Shown here: one piece after another, positions 47,084-58,190 of the stretch
Position numbering within the stretch: the first letter of the stretch is position 1
How the letters are laid out: each line of letters begins with the position of its first letter
Assembly: GCA_965218435.1 (NCBI GenBank)
Contig: CBDCKW010000005.1
Location: 320,001 to 384,000 of the forward strand
Direction of reading: 5' to 3'
Source: Truepera sp.
GTDB lineage: Bacteria > Deinococcota > Deinococci > Deinococcales > Trueperaceae
DNA: 64,000 nt
The notes under the pieces: generated by a model
Seen by the model: only the letters and a program-made list of their open reading frames with translations
Database searches by the model: none
Told to the model about the DNA's origin: nothing
Translations under genes and position numbers: made by a program

Positions 47084-47943
47084 CTACAGAAAACGTTCGG
47101 GCTTATCTATTTAGTGTCAAAGTGAATTGGTCGGATCGAGATTCGGAGCCGGTCATGGTCAAGCTCGCCGAGGCTAAGGCGGAGGCAGTCGCGGCAAGTA
47201 AACAAGATGTCGCTAAAGAAGTGTGGTGTCTCGAAACGGTTTTAAAGATACAGGACGGGTACATAGAGGCTTTCAGATTAATGAAGGCTCAAGATTTCTA
47301 CAAAGCGTGATGTGTCCTGGAACAAGTCGAGCTCGCGCTTTTAAGATTGTACCGACACTTTCGGGGCTCCGCCGACCACTACCAGCTCAATTTCATTTAC
47401 GCGCACACAGAACGGTTTCAATCCATTTTTCCGTACAGAATTTTCGCCAGCCCAGAATACTTGAAGACGGAGGTTCGCTGCGGCATCTGTGACGCTATCA
47501 TCACACCGAGAAACTCATGTGACCATCGTAAGGGCGAAATCTATGACGGAGAGATATGCGTACACCACGTGACACAAGCGCAACTACTCAACATCGCGAT
47601 GGTAACCTCTCCGAGCCAGCGGTATTCAGTCGTGTTTGCAACCGACAACCAGGGTAATAGAACAGATTTCGACTACTCGGTTCTAGACTACGTTTTGCGA
47701 GGGCTTAACTCGCCTTTCCACGGGTGGCGTTGCACCCGGACGGTCACCGACGTGCCGCATGAGCTTTACAGAGGAGTCGGTCGTAATCAAGATTGCCCGT
47801 GCGGCTCGGGACGCAAGTATAAACACTGCTGCTTAATGAAGGCAGGGGTCACCCGACCTCATATAGAGATTCAATACGACATACCACCCGACACTGATAT
47901 GCCCGAACAGATGTTTATAGGTTTTAGGAGGAATAACCCTTAG
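47077..47943 (+). pseudogene. SEC-C motif / Cys-His zinc-binding protein with one in-frame TGA (47308-47310)
   Basis: ORFs 47077-47310 and 47347-47943 share a frame (FYKA*CVLEQVE); CGIC...CDH...[19 protein letters not shown]. Confidence 0.78.
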
Positions 47944-47957
47944 AGAACCACGGCGGT

Positions 47958-48983
47958 TTAGCCGACGCTATCCCCTAACGCCTCTTGCGCCTTTCTCGCC
48001 CGCTCCGAGGCTTTACGTGAGGTCACCTTGCTGTAACGCATCGTAGTGGTGAGGCTGTTGTGACCGAAGAGTGCCTGAGTCTCCAAGGCCCCCACCTGTT
48101 CTTGCATCACAACCCCAAAGGTGTGTCGGAAGGCGTGAACGCCTTTATAGCCGTTCGGTGTCCCCTCAAACGGGTTGACGCCAAACGCCTTAAGACACAT
48201 GCGTTTGATCCTAGCTCTAAGCCCAGCTGCTTGATACGGTGCCCAGGCTTTCGCGTAGTAGCGCATCAACACATGGTCGCCTGCGTGCGGCACGTCGCTC
48301 ATGGCTTTACCGGTGGCGGTAGCGAGCGGCACCAACCGGACTTTTTTACCCTTGCCGTGAACCCGGATCAGCCGCTCGCGAAAGTCGATGTTAGCCCACT
48401 TAAGCGTGACGATTTCCTCGATACGGAGGCCTGAAAGAACCGCTAAGAGAATCGCGACTTTCGAAACCGGATCGTCGTAGGTGTCGCAGGCGTGGACGAG
48501 TTCCTTGACCGTGTCGAGGCCGTACTCGCTGCGTTTCTCCTCGGGCTTGACCGGGTCGGGCCTAATCATCACCTTCTCGAAAGGGTTCTCGAGTTCGAAG
48601 CCGCACCACTGTAAAGCCTGATAGAAACGCCTAGCTGCTGCCGCACGGAGCTGCACGGTGGCGGGAGACTTGGGCTTGACCTCTTCACTACCTTGCTCGA
48701 GCTCCCGTACATAGGTCTGGGCTTCGTCGGGAGAGACCCGAAGTATATCTGCGCCTCCTATATAGATAAGGTAATCGAGGACGCCGCGCCGGTATGCTCG
48801 TAAGGTGTGCTGAGAGATACTCGTGCCCTTTTTACCCTTGAACTGCAAATACGCTAATGTCAGCAGCCAGAAGTCGTCGTGGTTCTCGGCTTGGATTGCC
48901 TTGGCCGCTCTGAGTTTGCGTTCGCCCACTTCGAGTGCTGACCAGTCTTTCCAGGTGTCGGGCGCGTAGACGAGGTTAGTCAT
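47958..48983 (-). CDS. Tyrosine recombinase/integrase
   Basis: GLRIEE, GKGKK, HAFRH, GH, RY catalytic set; TGATG coupling to vapC. Confidence 0.92.
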   Translation of the reverse strand: MTNLVYAPDTWKDWSALEVGERKLRAAKAIQAENHDDFWLLTLAYLQFKGKKGTSISQHTLRAYRRGVLDYLIYIGGADILRVSPDEAQTYVRELEQGSEEVKPKSPATVQLRAAAARRFYQALQWCGFELENPFEKVMIRPDPVKPEEKRSEYGLDTVKELVHACDTYDDPVSKVAILLAVLSGLRIEEIVTLKWANIDFRERLIRVHGKGKKVRLVPLATATGKAMSDVPHAGDHVLMRYYAKAWAPYQAAGLRARIKRMCLKAFGVNPFEGTPNGYKGVHAFRHTFGVVMQEQVGALETQALFGHNSLTTTMRYSKVTSRKASERARKAQEALGDSVG

Positions 48984-49363
48984 CAGCGGATGGCCGTAAT
49001 CTTGAGCTCTAGAGCCACATTTGTCCAAATACCCTCGGCGGTATAGACTTCCCGGTTCGTCTCGAGCCCCAAGGCTAAGCAAGCCCGGTCGCCGAGCGAA
49101 AGGCCGTAAGCTTTCGTGTCTGGGTAGAGTGCGGCCGCACGCTCGGCGTGTTCAGCACTAAACGGCACGATGCTAACCCCTAAACCACCAAAGAGCTGCC
49201 TGAGGTGTAAGGTGTCGCCAGCACGTGCCGCGACCTTTTGCATGACCTCCGACCAGTTGACGCTGCTCACCAAACTACCCCGCAGGGCGGCGCGAGCCTT
49301 ATCGGCTCCCGGTTCACGGAAAGCAACGGCCAACAAGCTCGAGGCGTCATGCACCACGCTCAC
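48983..49363 (-). CDS. vapC: VapC PIN toxin
   Basis: DASSLLA, SSVNWSEV, LSLGDRACLALG. Confidence 0.92.
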   Translation of the reverse strand: MSVVHDASSLLAVAFREPGADKARAALRGSLVSSVNWSEVMQKVAARAGDTLHLRQLFGGLGVSIVPFSAEHAERAAALYPDTKAYGLSLGDRACLALGLETNREVYTAEGIWTNVALELKITAIR

Positions 49364-49614
49364 AGCTCAGCTGCTTCACGTCTAGCTTCTTCACGCCGTT
49401 CGCGCAAAAGTTCATCACTGACCAATTTACCTTCGGGGGGTTCACCTACAGCTTGATAGAGGCGCTCGAGTAGAGCTGCCTCGGTCTCGAGAATAAGCCG
49501 CTTATCATCCAGTGTGACCAAAAGCTCGTCGCCTTCTTTAAGATCAAGGTTGTGACGAAGCTCAGCGGGTATAATCATACGTCCGTTTTGACCAAGTTTA
49601 ATAGTTGTAGTCAT
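49360..49614 (-). CDS. AbrB/MazE-type antitoxin
   Basis: GQNGRMIIPAELRHNLDLKEGDEL. Confidence 0.92.
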   Translation of the reverse strand: MTTTIKLGQNGRMIIPAELRHNLDLKEGDELLVTLDDKRLILETEAALLERLYQAVGEPPEGKLVSDELLRERREEARREAAEL

Positions 49615-49690
49615 ATCATCTCCATATGACAGTATAGGCGTTACTTGCCCAGCTTTGGAAGCTCTAACAATCCAACTACTGTCACTCATT

Positions 49691-49723
49691 TATATTACGA
49701 TAATAGCATATTATCGTAATATA
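49691..49723. repeat. 15-bp-arm perfect inverted repeat; candidate tyrosine-recombinase site
   Basis: TATATTACGATAATA-GCA-TATTATCGTAATATA. Confidence 0.85.
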
Positions 49724-49797
49724 GATTAAGGTCCTAAAAAAGGTGTATATATAAGAACCGTTTACCAAAAACTAGCTATAATGCCAAATGAGGTGTT

Positions 49798-50052
49798 ATG
49801 AGCACAATTCTTAAGTTAGGTCAAAACGGCCGCATGATTATACCCGCCGAGTTAAGACACAATCTCGAGCTTAAGGAAGATGACGAGCTACTGGTCACAG
49901 TCGAGGGTAAGCGGCTGGTACTAGAGACTGAAGCCGCACTGCTCGAGCGTCTCTACGCTACCGTAGGTGAACCGCCCGAAGGCGAACTGGTAAGCGACGA
50001 GCTCATACGCGAACGCCGTGAAGAAGCCGAACGCGAAACGGCCGACCAGTGA
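49798..50052 (+). CDS. AbrB/MazE-type antitoxin (paralogue)
   Basis: GQNGRMIIPAELRHNLELKEDDEL. Confidence 0.92.
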   Translation: MSTILKLGQNGRMIIPAELRHNLELKEDDELLVTVEGKRLVLETEAALLERLYATVGEPPEGELVSDELIRERREEAERETADQ

Positions 50053-50429
50053 GCGTGGTACATGACGCCTCGAGCCTGTTGGCCGTTGCCTTCCGAGAAC
50101 CAGGCGGCGAGGTGGCGCGGGCTGCACTCAGGGGCAGCCTAGTCAGCAGCGTCAACTGGAGTGAGGTGATCCAGAAGGTGCAGGCTCGAGGTAAGGACAC
50201 CAGGCAACTCGCTCAGCTTTATATCGGCTTGGGGGTCACCATCGTGCCATTCGGTGTCGAGACCGCCGAACGCTCAGCGTCCCTCTACGGTGAAACTCGA
50301 GCCTTTGGATTGTCGTTAGGTGACCGGGCGTGCCTGGCGCTGGGGCTCGAGACCGGTCGTGAGGTCTACACCGCCGACCGACCCTGGACCGAGATCCCCC
50401 TAGAGATTAAGGTCACTGCGATCCGCTGA
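50049..50429 (+). CDS. vapC: VapC PIN toxin (paralogue)
   Basis: DASSLLA, LSLGDRACLALG; GTGA overlap with the antitoxin stop. Confidence 0.92.
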   Translation: MSVVHDASSLLAVAFREPGGEVARAALRGSLVSSVNWSEVIQKVQARGKDTRQLAQLYIGLGVTIVPFGVETAERSASLYGETRAFGLSLGDRACLALGLETGREVYTADRPWTEIPLEIKVTAIR

Positions 50430-51386
50430 TGAGCGACCTCTAAAGCGATCCAGAGCGGGGAGCACGACGACCTCTGGCTGATGACCCTGGCGTACCTGCA
50501 ATTCAAGGGACGTAAAGGCACCAGCATCAGCCCCCACACCTTACGGGCGTACCGACGTGGCGTAGTCGATTACCTTATATATATAGGAGGCTCCGACATC
50601 CTCAGGGTCTCCCCCGACGAAGCCCAGACCTACGTCCGGATACTCGAGCAGGGCAGCGACGAGGTCCAGCCCAGATCACCGGCGACGGTTCAGTTACGCT
50701 CGGTCGCCGCCAGGCGCTTCTACCAGGCGCTGGCATGGTGCGGCTTCGAGCTCGACAACCCTTTCGAGAAGGTGATGATCCAGCCCGACCCGGTCAAACC
50801 GCACGAGAAACGCAGTGAGTACGGGCTCGACACCGTCAAGGAACTCGTCCACGCCTGCGACACCTTTGAAGACCCCATCGCCAAGATAGCCATCCTGCTG
50901 GCTGTTCTCTCCGGACTGCGCATCGAGGAGATCGCTACGCTCGAGTGGGGCGACATCGACTTCAGGGAACGCTTGATAAGCGTGCGGGGTAAGGGTAAGA
51001 AGATACGGCTCGTCCCGCTCGACACGGTTATTGGCAAAGCGGTAAGTGAGGTGCCGCATACCGGCAAGCAGGTGCTGATGCGCTACTACCGTAAGAGCTG
51101 GGCACCTTACACTACGGCGGGTCTCAGAGCGAAGATCAGACAGCTCTGCTTAAGGGCATTCGGGATTAACCCTTTCAGCCAGCAACCCAACGGCTATAAG
51201 GGCGTGCACGCTTTCCGGCACACCTTCGGCGTCATCATGCAGGAGCAGGTCGGTGCGCTGGAGACGCAAGCCCTCCTAGGCCATGAGAGCCTCACCACCA
51301 CCATGCGCTACAGCAAGGTCACCTCTCGTAAAGCTTCGGAGCGAGCGAGAAAGGCTCAGGAGGCTCTGGGGAAAAGCGTGGAGTGA
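50429..51386 (+). pseudogene. Tyrosine recombinase paralogue with a 5' deletion/frameshift (could restart at 50481)
   Basis: Coupled ATG gives MSDL*; homology to the left copy resumes at KAIQ in another frame; catalytic residues intact. Confidence 0.75.
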
Positions 51387-51469
51387 AAGGGTGACAGAGG
51401 CATAGCTGCGCCGTTATGAACTGACACGAGCGCACCAGCGAAGGTTACACCTTATATATAGTATATATA

Positions 51470-51902
51470 GTGCTACTTGGCGCACACGCTGGCCTACGGG
51501 TAAGTGAGATGACCGCACTCAGGTGGGAAGACATCGACCTGGGTAGTGGGACGCTCAAAGTAGTCGCCGGTAAGGGGGGTAAGACCGCCCGGGTCAACCT
51601 CTCCTCTACCCTGGTTGACACGCTCGAGCAAGTTCCGTTAGAAAAGCGCAGTGGCTATCTGCTACCTGCCCGCTCCCGGATCGCCGTCTACAAGCGGCTC
51701 GAGGCCGCCTGCCGGGTCGCTAAGGTCAAGTTCAAGGGGGTTCGTTCATGCACTACGACACGCTGCGGGAACAAGACTCAGAGATGAAACTGGAGATCTG
51801 GCGTTGGTTGCCGACCACTTGCGTCACTCGAGCTTAGATACCGCCCAGGGCTATGCCAAAGCCAGCAATCAGCAGCTTAAAAAGGCAGTCGGGGACTGGT
51901 AA
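51470..51902 (+). pseudogene. Tyrosine recombinase C-terminal fragment, frameshifted
   Basis: AGLRVSEM, GKGGK, then HALRH...HLRH...GY in another frame. Confidence 0.85.
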
Positions 51903-52142
51903 GAATCACTACAGCTTGTGCTAGTAGGAAAAAACTTCACCTAGACTGAATAACTGTTGTGCGTTCGATGCGCTCATCTACCGCATAAGCTTATACGGTT
52001 CTCCATAAACCTCTAACTCCATTTCGAATCGAAAGCTTTGCGTAGTAAGTGACGGGGTGGTACGACGCGAGTACCCTCGTAGAGCAACCTAGCGTTGGGC
52101 CTTTCGCTACACGCTCCAGCTCAACGCTGCCGTGAATGCTTT

Positions 52143-53048
52143 CTAATGACCCACAGCCATAAGTAGGTCTTCGATATGCCTCAGCTCGTCGTCACTGAAC
52201 CTCACCCCTACCGCGCCCAAGTGTTCCTCGACCTGCGCAGGGCTTTTCGCGCCGACTAAAACACAGGTCACCGCCGGAAGCCGCAGTAGCCAGGCCACCG
52301 CGAGCTGCATCAAGCTGAGCCCTTTGTCTTGAGCAACTGCCTCTAGACCTTTCGCTACGTCTAAATAGTGCTTGAACGTGTCACCCTGGAACCGAGGCAT
52401 CTGAGCACGCTCGTCGTCGTCGGGAAAGCGGTAGCTTGGCGAGTACTTGCCGGTCAGTAAACCCTTGGCCAGCGGGCTGTGAGCCAACAGGCCGATCCCG
52501 TGCTGTTCGCAGAAAGGGATATCTTCTCGTTCGATCTCCCGGTCGAACAGATTGTAGCGGGGCTGATTCGCGTGGAAGTGCGCGGTTTGCAGCGCCTCTC
52601 GCATCTCTTCGGCGCTAAAGTTTGATACCCCGAGGTAGCGTGCCTTGCCCGCCGCCCGCAGTTCGGCCATCGTCTCCATGCTTTCTTGGATGGGGTAACG
52701 CGCATCTGGGCTGTGGATCTGGTAGAGATCTACGGCGTCTACCTCTAGAGCTCGCAGGCTATCGTCGATAGCTGAAAGGATGCCCGCGCGTGAGTAGTCA
52801 CCGCTCACCTTAGTGGCGAGAAAACAGCGCTCGCGGTAGCCGTCCTTGAGCGCTTTGCCGAGTGTGGCCTCGCTCGAGCGGTACGCCTGAGCCGTGTCGA
52901 GCAGCGTGATACCGTTGTCGATGGCGGCGCGGACGGTGTCGATTGCTGTCTCCTCATCCACCTGACCCATGCCGCCGCCCAGAGGCCATGCGCCTAGACC
53001 CAGAACCGATACCTGCGGGCCGTCTTTGCCGAGTTGTCGGTATTCCAC
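52143..53048 (-). CDS. Aldo/keto reductase
   Basis: LDTAQAY, ATK, DLYQIH, GVSNF, SPLAKGLLTGKY. Confidence 0.95.
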   Translation of the reverse strand: MEYRQLGKDGPQVSVLGLGAWPLGGGMGQVDEETAIDTVRAAIDNGITLLDTAQAYRSSEATLGKALKDGYRERCFLATKVSGDYSRAGILSAIDDSLRALEVDAVDLYQIHSPDARYPIQESMETMAELRAAGKARYLGVSNFSAEEMREALQTAHFHANQPRYNLFDREIEREDIPFCEQHGIGLLAHSPLAKGLLTGKYSPSYRFPDDDERAQMPRFQGDTFKHYLDVAKGLEAVAQDKGLSLMQLAVAWLLRLPAVTCVLVGAKSPAQVEEHLGAVGVRFSDDELRHIEDLLMAVGH

Positions 53049-53138
53049 TTTGCCTCCCTATGCCCCATAAGTGTCTATTTTTGCTGCGAACTTCGACTTG
53101 TATTTGTCAGAGCCACAACTGTCAATGAGCCAAAAACC

Positions 53139-54056
53139 CTACATCGACCAGGGTTCTGCATGAATGTCGAGTTCGTCGGACCAGCGGTAGTGCAGCTGGG
53201 TAATCTCTTCTACGATGTTTTGAGGAAGCGGCTCGAGCTGCTCTGCTGCGCGGAGAAACTCTGCTAAGTTCTCTCTACGAGCGGTAGCGCCAACCGTGGC
53301 ACAAACTTGGGGAAAGCTGTGTGCGAAGCGAACGCAAAACTCCGTCCAGCTTTCGATTCCCGAACGCTCAAAGATTGGAGCGACTTCGACGGCCCGCTTT
53401 TGCAGGTAGTCCTGCCACGCTGCGCCGGGCACGTCGCGCAAACGGTGCACGGGTCCTCCCGCCACGGTGCGCATGGCGATGATGGGTTCGCTCCGCTCGA
53501 GCAAAAGGTCCCAAAGCTCATTCGAGGCGAAACGTTGAAGAGGGTTGAGGTAAAAGATATAGCCGTCAATCAGGTGCTGGGCGTTACCGCTGCGCAGCGC
53601 CCCGAGCGCCACGGGTGAGGTCCAGGGAAACACCTCGAGCACAAAGCGTTTTACTAAACCCTCGTCTTTGAGCGCAGCGAGGGTTTCATAAGAACCGTCA
53701 CCGCCAGCAAGCTCATTGGCGAGCTGCCCCTCCGAACCTAAACAGAGCTGTCCTAGCTCCAAGCTCTCCAACCCTAGAGGCTCGAGATTCTGACGAACGA
53801 CCTCCCTGATGTCAGCGGGACTATTCCCGATAAGCTTGACAATAAGCTTAGGTACCTTCGACCGGTCTTGATCGAAGGCGTTACGCAACACCTGTAGGGC
53901 GTCGCCGTAGGTGTGACTGGTATGAAACCAGACGCCGGTGTCCATAGCTGCGAGAGCAATTTCTACCCGGTTGTCGAACGGTATCTGATCGTCGCCTAAG
54001 CGCGTAGTACCGTAGATGTAAGGTGTTACGTCAGTAAGGGGTGCTGCTTGGGCCAT
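53139..54056 (-). CDS. Aldo/keto reductase-like protein (divergent)
   Basis: YGTTRLG, WFHTSHTYG, C-terminal TVGAT...ENL. Confidence 0.65.
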   Translation of the reverse strand: MAQAAPLTDVTPYIYGTTRLGDDQIPFDNRVEIALAAMDTGVWFHTSHTYGDALQVLRNAFDQDRSKVPKLIVKLIGNSPADIREVVRQNLEPLGLESLELGQLCLGSEGQLANELAGGDGSYETLAALKDEGLVKRFVLEVFPWTSPVALGALRSGNAQHLIDGYIFYLNPLQRFASNELWDLLLERSEPIIAMRTVAGGPVHRLRDVPGAAWQDYLQKRAVEVAPIFERSGIESWTEFCVRFAHSFPQVCATVGATARRENLAEFLRAAEQLEPLPQNIVEEITQLHYRWSDELDIHAEPWSM

Positions 54057-54444
54057 GTTGGTTGCGTCCTTTCGGCGGTTGCACACGTAAATAGGATCAG
54101 TTTATCGAGCGGTCACGCATATCAAAGATGATAAACGCTCGTTAAGCAAACTAAGCTGGCTCGGCCTACTCGACTAGAGGAGTGGCCCACACTTCCTTGA
54201 TAAAGCTCACTTGCTCCTGCATAAGCGAGGACATAAGCAAGCTGTCATGTCGTATAACGGTCCGTTACACACGTAAGCCAGCGCTTGCTCTCCCAATCAC
54301 ACGGGTGCAGATGGCAAAGCCTTGGACGTGCGCCGCTACGATCCCCTTGCGGTCGGTCCGGTGCGTCATGATGCTCGTAGTAGCCCTCGCCTGCCCTACT
54401 GTGCCGACTTCGACAGCGTCAAAGGTCAACGTCTCGGAGAGAAA

Positions 54445-55182
54445 AAGCGGAAGAGATACAACCCTTACGTGCTGCAAGGCACCCAAGAAGGTACTCAGGT
54501 CAATCACGCCCGTTTTCCCTGGTAAGCAACGTACACTGTCCACTTGCTCGTCGATGGGAACGCCCGCAGGCGCGTCGTTGATGTGAACATCTACTACGTT
54601 CTTGGCAGTGAGGAGTTCAAGATCCGCCTGATCGTGGCCTGCGGTGTACCAGTGCCAGGCGTCGAAAAGCAGCCCTACGTTTGGTCCGACCGCGTCACAC
54701 AGCTCGAGCATCCCCTGAGCTGTATGGATGAAGGAATAGGGGTGTCCGTCACGGAGGGTCTTAGGGCCAAGGAACTCGAGGGCGAGGCGTATGCCGTGCT
54801 CGGCCAAGATGGCCGCCGGAGGCACCAAGTGCTGGCGGTGGAAGTCAAAGTTGGCCCCGTAGTCTTTGTCGTCGCTCCACGAGAAGATATAGGTCGAGGC
54901 ACGGCTACAACCCACTTGCTGCGCGGCCTTAGCGATAGGCTCGAGGCGTGCCAGGAATGTTTCGAAAGAAGCGTCGTCGCCCCGGATGTCGACAGGCAGG
55001 CCGAAGGAGCCAGGTTTCAGGTCGTGCTGGGCGAGCATGTCGTGGACACTGTCGGTACCCGCTTTGAGCAGGTGTCCTGTATCGAGCGCCAAACCTTCAA
55101 AGCCGTAACGCACCGCGAGCCGGGCGCTTTCCTCAAAGCTCACGGAAATGTCAATAGCACCGGGACTAAGGGTTCGGTACAT
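54445..55182 (-). pseudogene. Sugar-phosphate isomerase/epimerase (xylose-isomerase-like TIM barrel), 3' truncated
   Basis: LALEFLGP, LFDAWHW, HINDA, RCLPG; the expected GY-G...E ending is replaced by unrelated sequence after LQHV. Confidence 0.7.
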
Positions 55183-55283
55183 ACGAGCCTCCTCTAGATA
55201 GCGCGATTGTAACCTGGTTGCTGGAGCAGCGGATGGTCGTTACCTCAGTTCACTCCCCTCTATGCGCAAGTTCGACTGACGCG

Positions 55284-55623
55284 CAGGGCTACCGCAAAGT
55301 TAGGAAGCGAGGAGTTTAAGGAGGTAAGCCAGATCCCAACCTGCGCGTAAGCGTTTGGCCTCGACTCCCGCTTTGATGGACTTGTCGCGTTTAAGCAGGT
55401 TTACAGCGAGATGCCTAAGCGCAACCCAGGTAGCTTGGACGTTTTTGAGACGTGCTCGTGAGCGGTCTTCTTCAAATGCCACACCGAAAACCCAGTGCAA
55501 GCCGTTTTCGATGCCCCAATGAGAGCGGGCTGCTCGGAGAATACGTTCGGCATCGAGTGGCAAACTGGTGATGAAGTAACGGCTGTGCTCGGTGGTGTGG
55601 GTAGATACTGCTCCAGAAATCAC
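55284..55623 (-). pseudogene. ISAs1-family transposase 3' fragment with right end
   Basis: RYFITSL, RSHWGIENGLHW, FEEDRSR, KRLRAGWD; end TGCGGTAGCCCTG. Confidence 0.88.
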
Positions 55624-55624
55624 T

Positions 55625-56335
55625 TCAAGCGGCTAAGCGAGGGGTTGCTGCTCCAGTTAGTGTAGCCCAAGGGGTGCAATAGCCAAGAGCTGAGTGCCGC
55701 CGCGTTTGGCTATACCAGCGGTGAAAGTCAGGCAGGGCGATCTGCACCTCGGCGAGCGACTTCCAATCGTGTCTGAAAGCAAAGGCGTACTTATAGGTGC
55801 GGTTAAGTCGCTCCAAAATGCCCATACCACCCCGTTGCGAAACTTTGCACCTGACCCACACGCCATAGCTGAGGCAGGCGGTCTGGAACACCTCCCCAGT
55901 GAAGTCCGAGCCGCCGTCGCTCTGTACGAGCACGTTGCCGTGAAGGCCGAGCGAGTGCAGTACCGCGACGCCTTCGTCCAAGGCAGCCTTGGCGAGTTGC
56001 ATCGACAAGCCGCGAACCGCCTTGCTCGCCAGTACCACCCGCGATTGGACGTCAAGCACGTGATAGACCCAGCACACCCCGTCAGCTAACGACAAACGGG
56101 TGGCGTCAATCTGGACGCGTCTGCCTGCTGGCCAGTCGGGTGGCGCTACAACGTCTGCGGAGGGCCACCGGGTCTTGCGAGGTGCGACGGGTTGAACCCG
56201 AGTTCTTTTAGCAGCTCCCTGACGCGGTGCAAACCGACGACTTCTCCCTGGTCGCGCAGCTCTCGATCGAGCCGACCACCACCTTTGCTGTAGCGTGCCC
56301 GGTACCTGAGGCGCTGCCCAGCAGCACCGCTCGCT
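55625..56335 (-). pseudogene. DDE integrase-core transposase fragment (IS3/IS481-like), frameshifted
   Basis: QIDAT, QSDGGSDF, LERLNRTYK, RRHSALGY-TP. Confidence 0.8.
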
Positions 56336-56347
56336 TGCCTGCCAGCG

Positions 56348-57350
56348 TCATTGCCGCTCCGCTCTCGCTTCTGGACGGACGGCGCTGGCAATCGCAATTG
56401 CGAACAGACCAACGATGGCCGCGGCGGGCGCGAGCGCGGTTGGCCCGACCAGGGCCAGTACGCCGCCGCCTAGAATAGAGCCGAACGTGGTTGCGAGGTA
56501 GATCGCCGAGCCGTTGAGACCTACCGCGACCTGGGCCGTCTCAGGCACGAGCGCGAACAAGCGGTTTTGCTGCGGCACGACCGTGAGGCCCATACTGAAG
56601 CCGAACGCGATCATCGTAGCTACCGCCCCGATTTCTGCCGTCCGCGTTACCGCCAGCGTCGCCGCGAAGACGGTGACGCCGCCCGCACCGAGAACCAGAG
56701 CGAAGCGGGCACCACGCCAGCGGATAAGCCGCGGCACGGCGATGACACCGGGGACTTGACCGGAGCCGAAGGCGACCACTGCAACTACAACCAGTGTGCC
56801 AGCAGCGCCCAGGATCGCCGGCAGATACACGATGATAAGAAAGGACGGGATCAGCACGGCGACGGTGCCGAAAAGGATGCCCAGCACACGCTTGTCTGCA
56901 AGTACCTGCAGCCGTTCGCGCAAACCGGTGCGCGCCGCGTACACGGCTGGGAGGCGTCCGACCAAGAGGCCAGAAATCACGGCTAGCGCGGCGAGGACCC
57001 ACATGGCGCTGCGCCAGCCCAACGCCTGACCGACGAGGATGCCGAACGGCAGGCCCGCCACCAGCGCCAGCGAACTGCCGCCCGCAACGACGGCCAGCGA
57101 CTGGGCGCGGTGCGTGTCGTCGCTGAGCAGACCGGCGGTGCTGTAAGCGTTCGCTTGGTAGGCAGCCGCCCCGAGGGCGGCGATCACGCGGCCGACCGCC
57201 ACCATGAAGAAGTTCAGTCCGGTGGCCTGCACGACCATGCCGACGACAAAAATCGCCATCCCGCCTGCGAGGAGAACCCGGCGATCCCAGCTGCCGGTCA
57301 GCGCGGCGATTGTCGGCGACCCGACCGCGAGAATCAGCAGATTGGCGGTC
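56348..57350 (-). pseudogene. MFS transporter, 5' truncated
   Basis: WDRRVLL motif A remnant, GRVIAALG, GLPFG...LGWR; first TM helices missing. Confidence 0.78.
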
Positions 57351-57733
57351 GTCAGACGTTTTGGTGCTGCCGTAGGCGGCCTATCGCCGACTGAACTCAT
57401 TGCGTCATCGCTGGCAGGAGCCGACTGGTCTGTGTTTCGCTGCGGAGCACCAGCTGTCGCTCGCTCGGCAGCCGCGCCCGAGCACTCGCCGGCCCAGGGC
57501 AGTCTGTCCACTTATGTGACCGAGCTTTCAAAGTAGCGGCCCTCCTCCAAATCTGCGCTCAGTGCAGGGCAAGCTGGCCGCCGCCTGAAGAGTTTTTGCG
57601 CCTCTCACCGATGCAGCGGCTTTGTTCAAACGGGTAAACCCTACCACCCTGTGTCTAACTCGGAAGAGTTTGGAGACGAAGGAACCAATGCGCCCAGTTA
57701 CGCCGGTGACAACCTCGCGCCTTGATCCGGGAC

Positions 57734-58190
57734 TTAAAGCTGTGAGCCGCCCCCGTCCACGGTGAACTCGGCTCCGGTCGTGAACGTCGCCCCGAACGCG
57801 AGGAACGCTACGGCCTCCGCGACCTCCTCCATGCGGCCGAGGCGGCCCATGGGGGTTCCCTCGCGGTACTGGCGTTTGGCCTCTTCAGCGGCGTCTGCGG
57901 GCATCGTTCTCTCGAGGACCCCCGAGTCAATAGCCCCCGGGCTCACCGCGTTGACGCGGACGCCGCGCGGCAAAAGTTCGCGGGCGAGTGTGCGCGCCAC
58001 CGAGCGGAGCGCGGCCTTGCTGGCAGCGTACGCGCTGAGCATAGGCAGCGACATCTCGTTCGCGACCGAGGTGGTGAGGACGACTGCGCCCCCCTCGCGC
58101 AGCAGCGGCGCAAGCTTCTGCACAGTAAAGTACGGACCCTTGGTGTTGACGGCGATCTGTTCGTCGAAGTCCGCCTCGGTCATGTCCTCG
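57734..58190 (-). pseudogene. SDR oxidoreductase 3' half
   Basis: YAASK, RVNAVSPG, VDGG; no N-terminal TGxxxGIG. Confidence 0.85.

Noticed and set aside
47308..47310. In-frame TGA next to Cys as selenocysteine
   Set aside because: TGG>TGA is a single transition in an A-W-C-type context, and I see no convincing SECIS hairpin
49691..49723. Hairpin-telomere (protelomerase) junction or assembly fold-back
   Set aside because: The flanking arms are clearly diverged, not identical, and the enzymes look like ordinary XerC-type recombinases
54180..54445. C-terminal 60 aa of ORF 54265-55182 as a real domain
   Set aside because: Isomerase homology stops at LQHV; the rest looks like read-through into degenerate, possibly IS-derived DNA that I cannot classify
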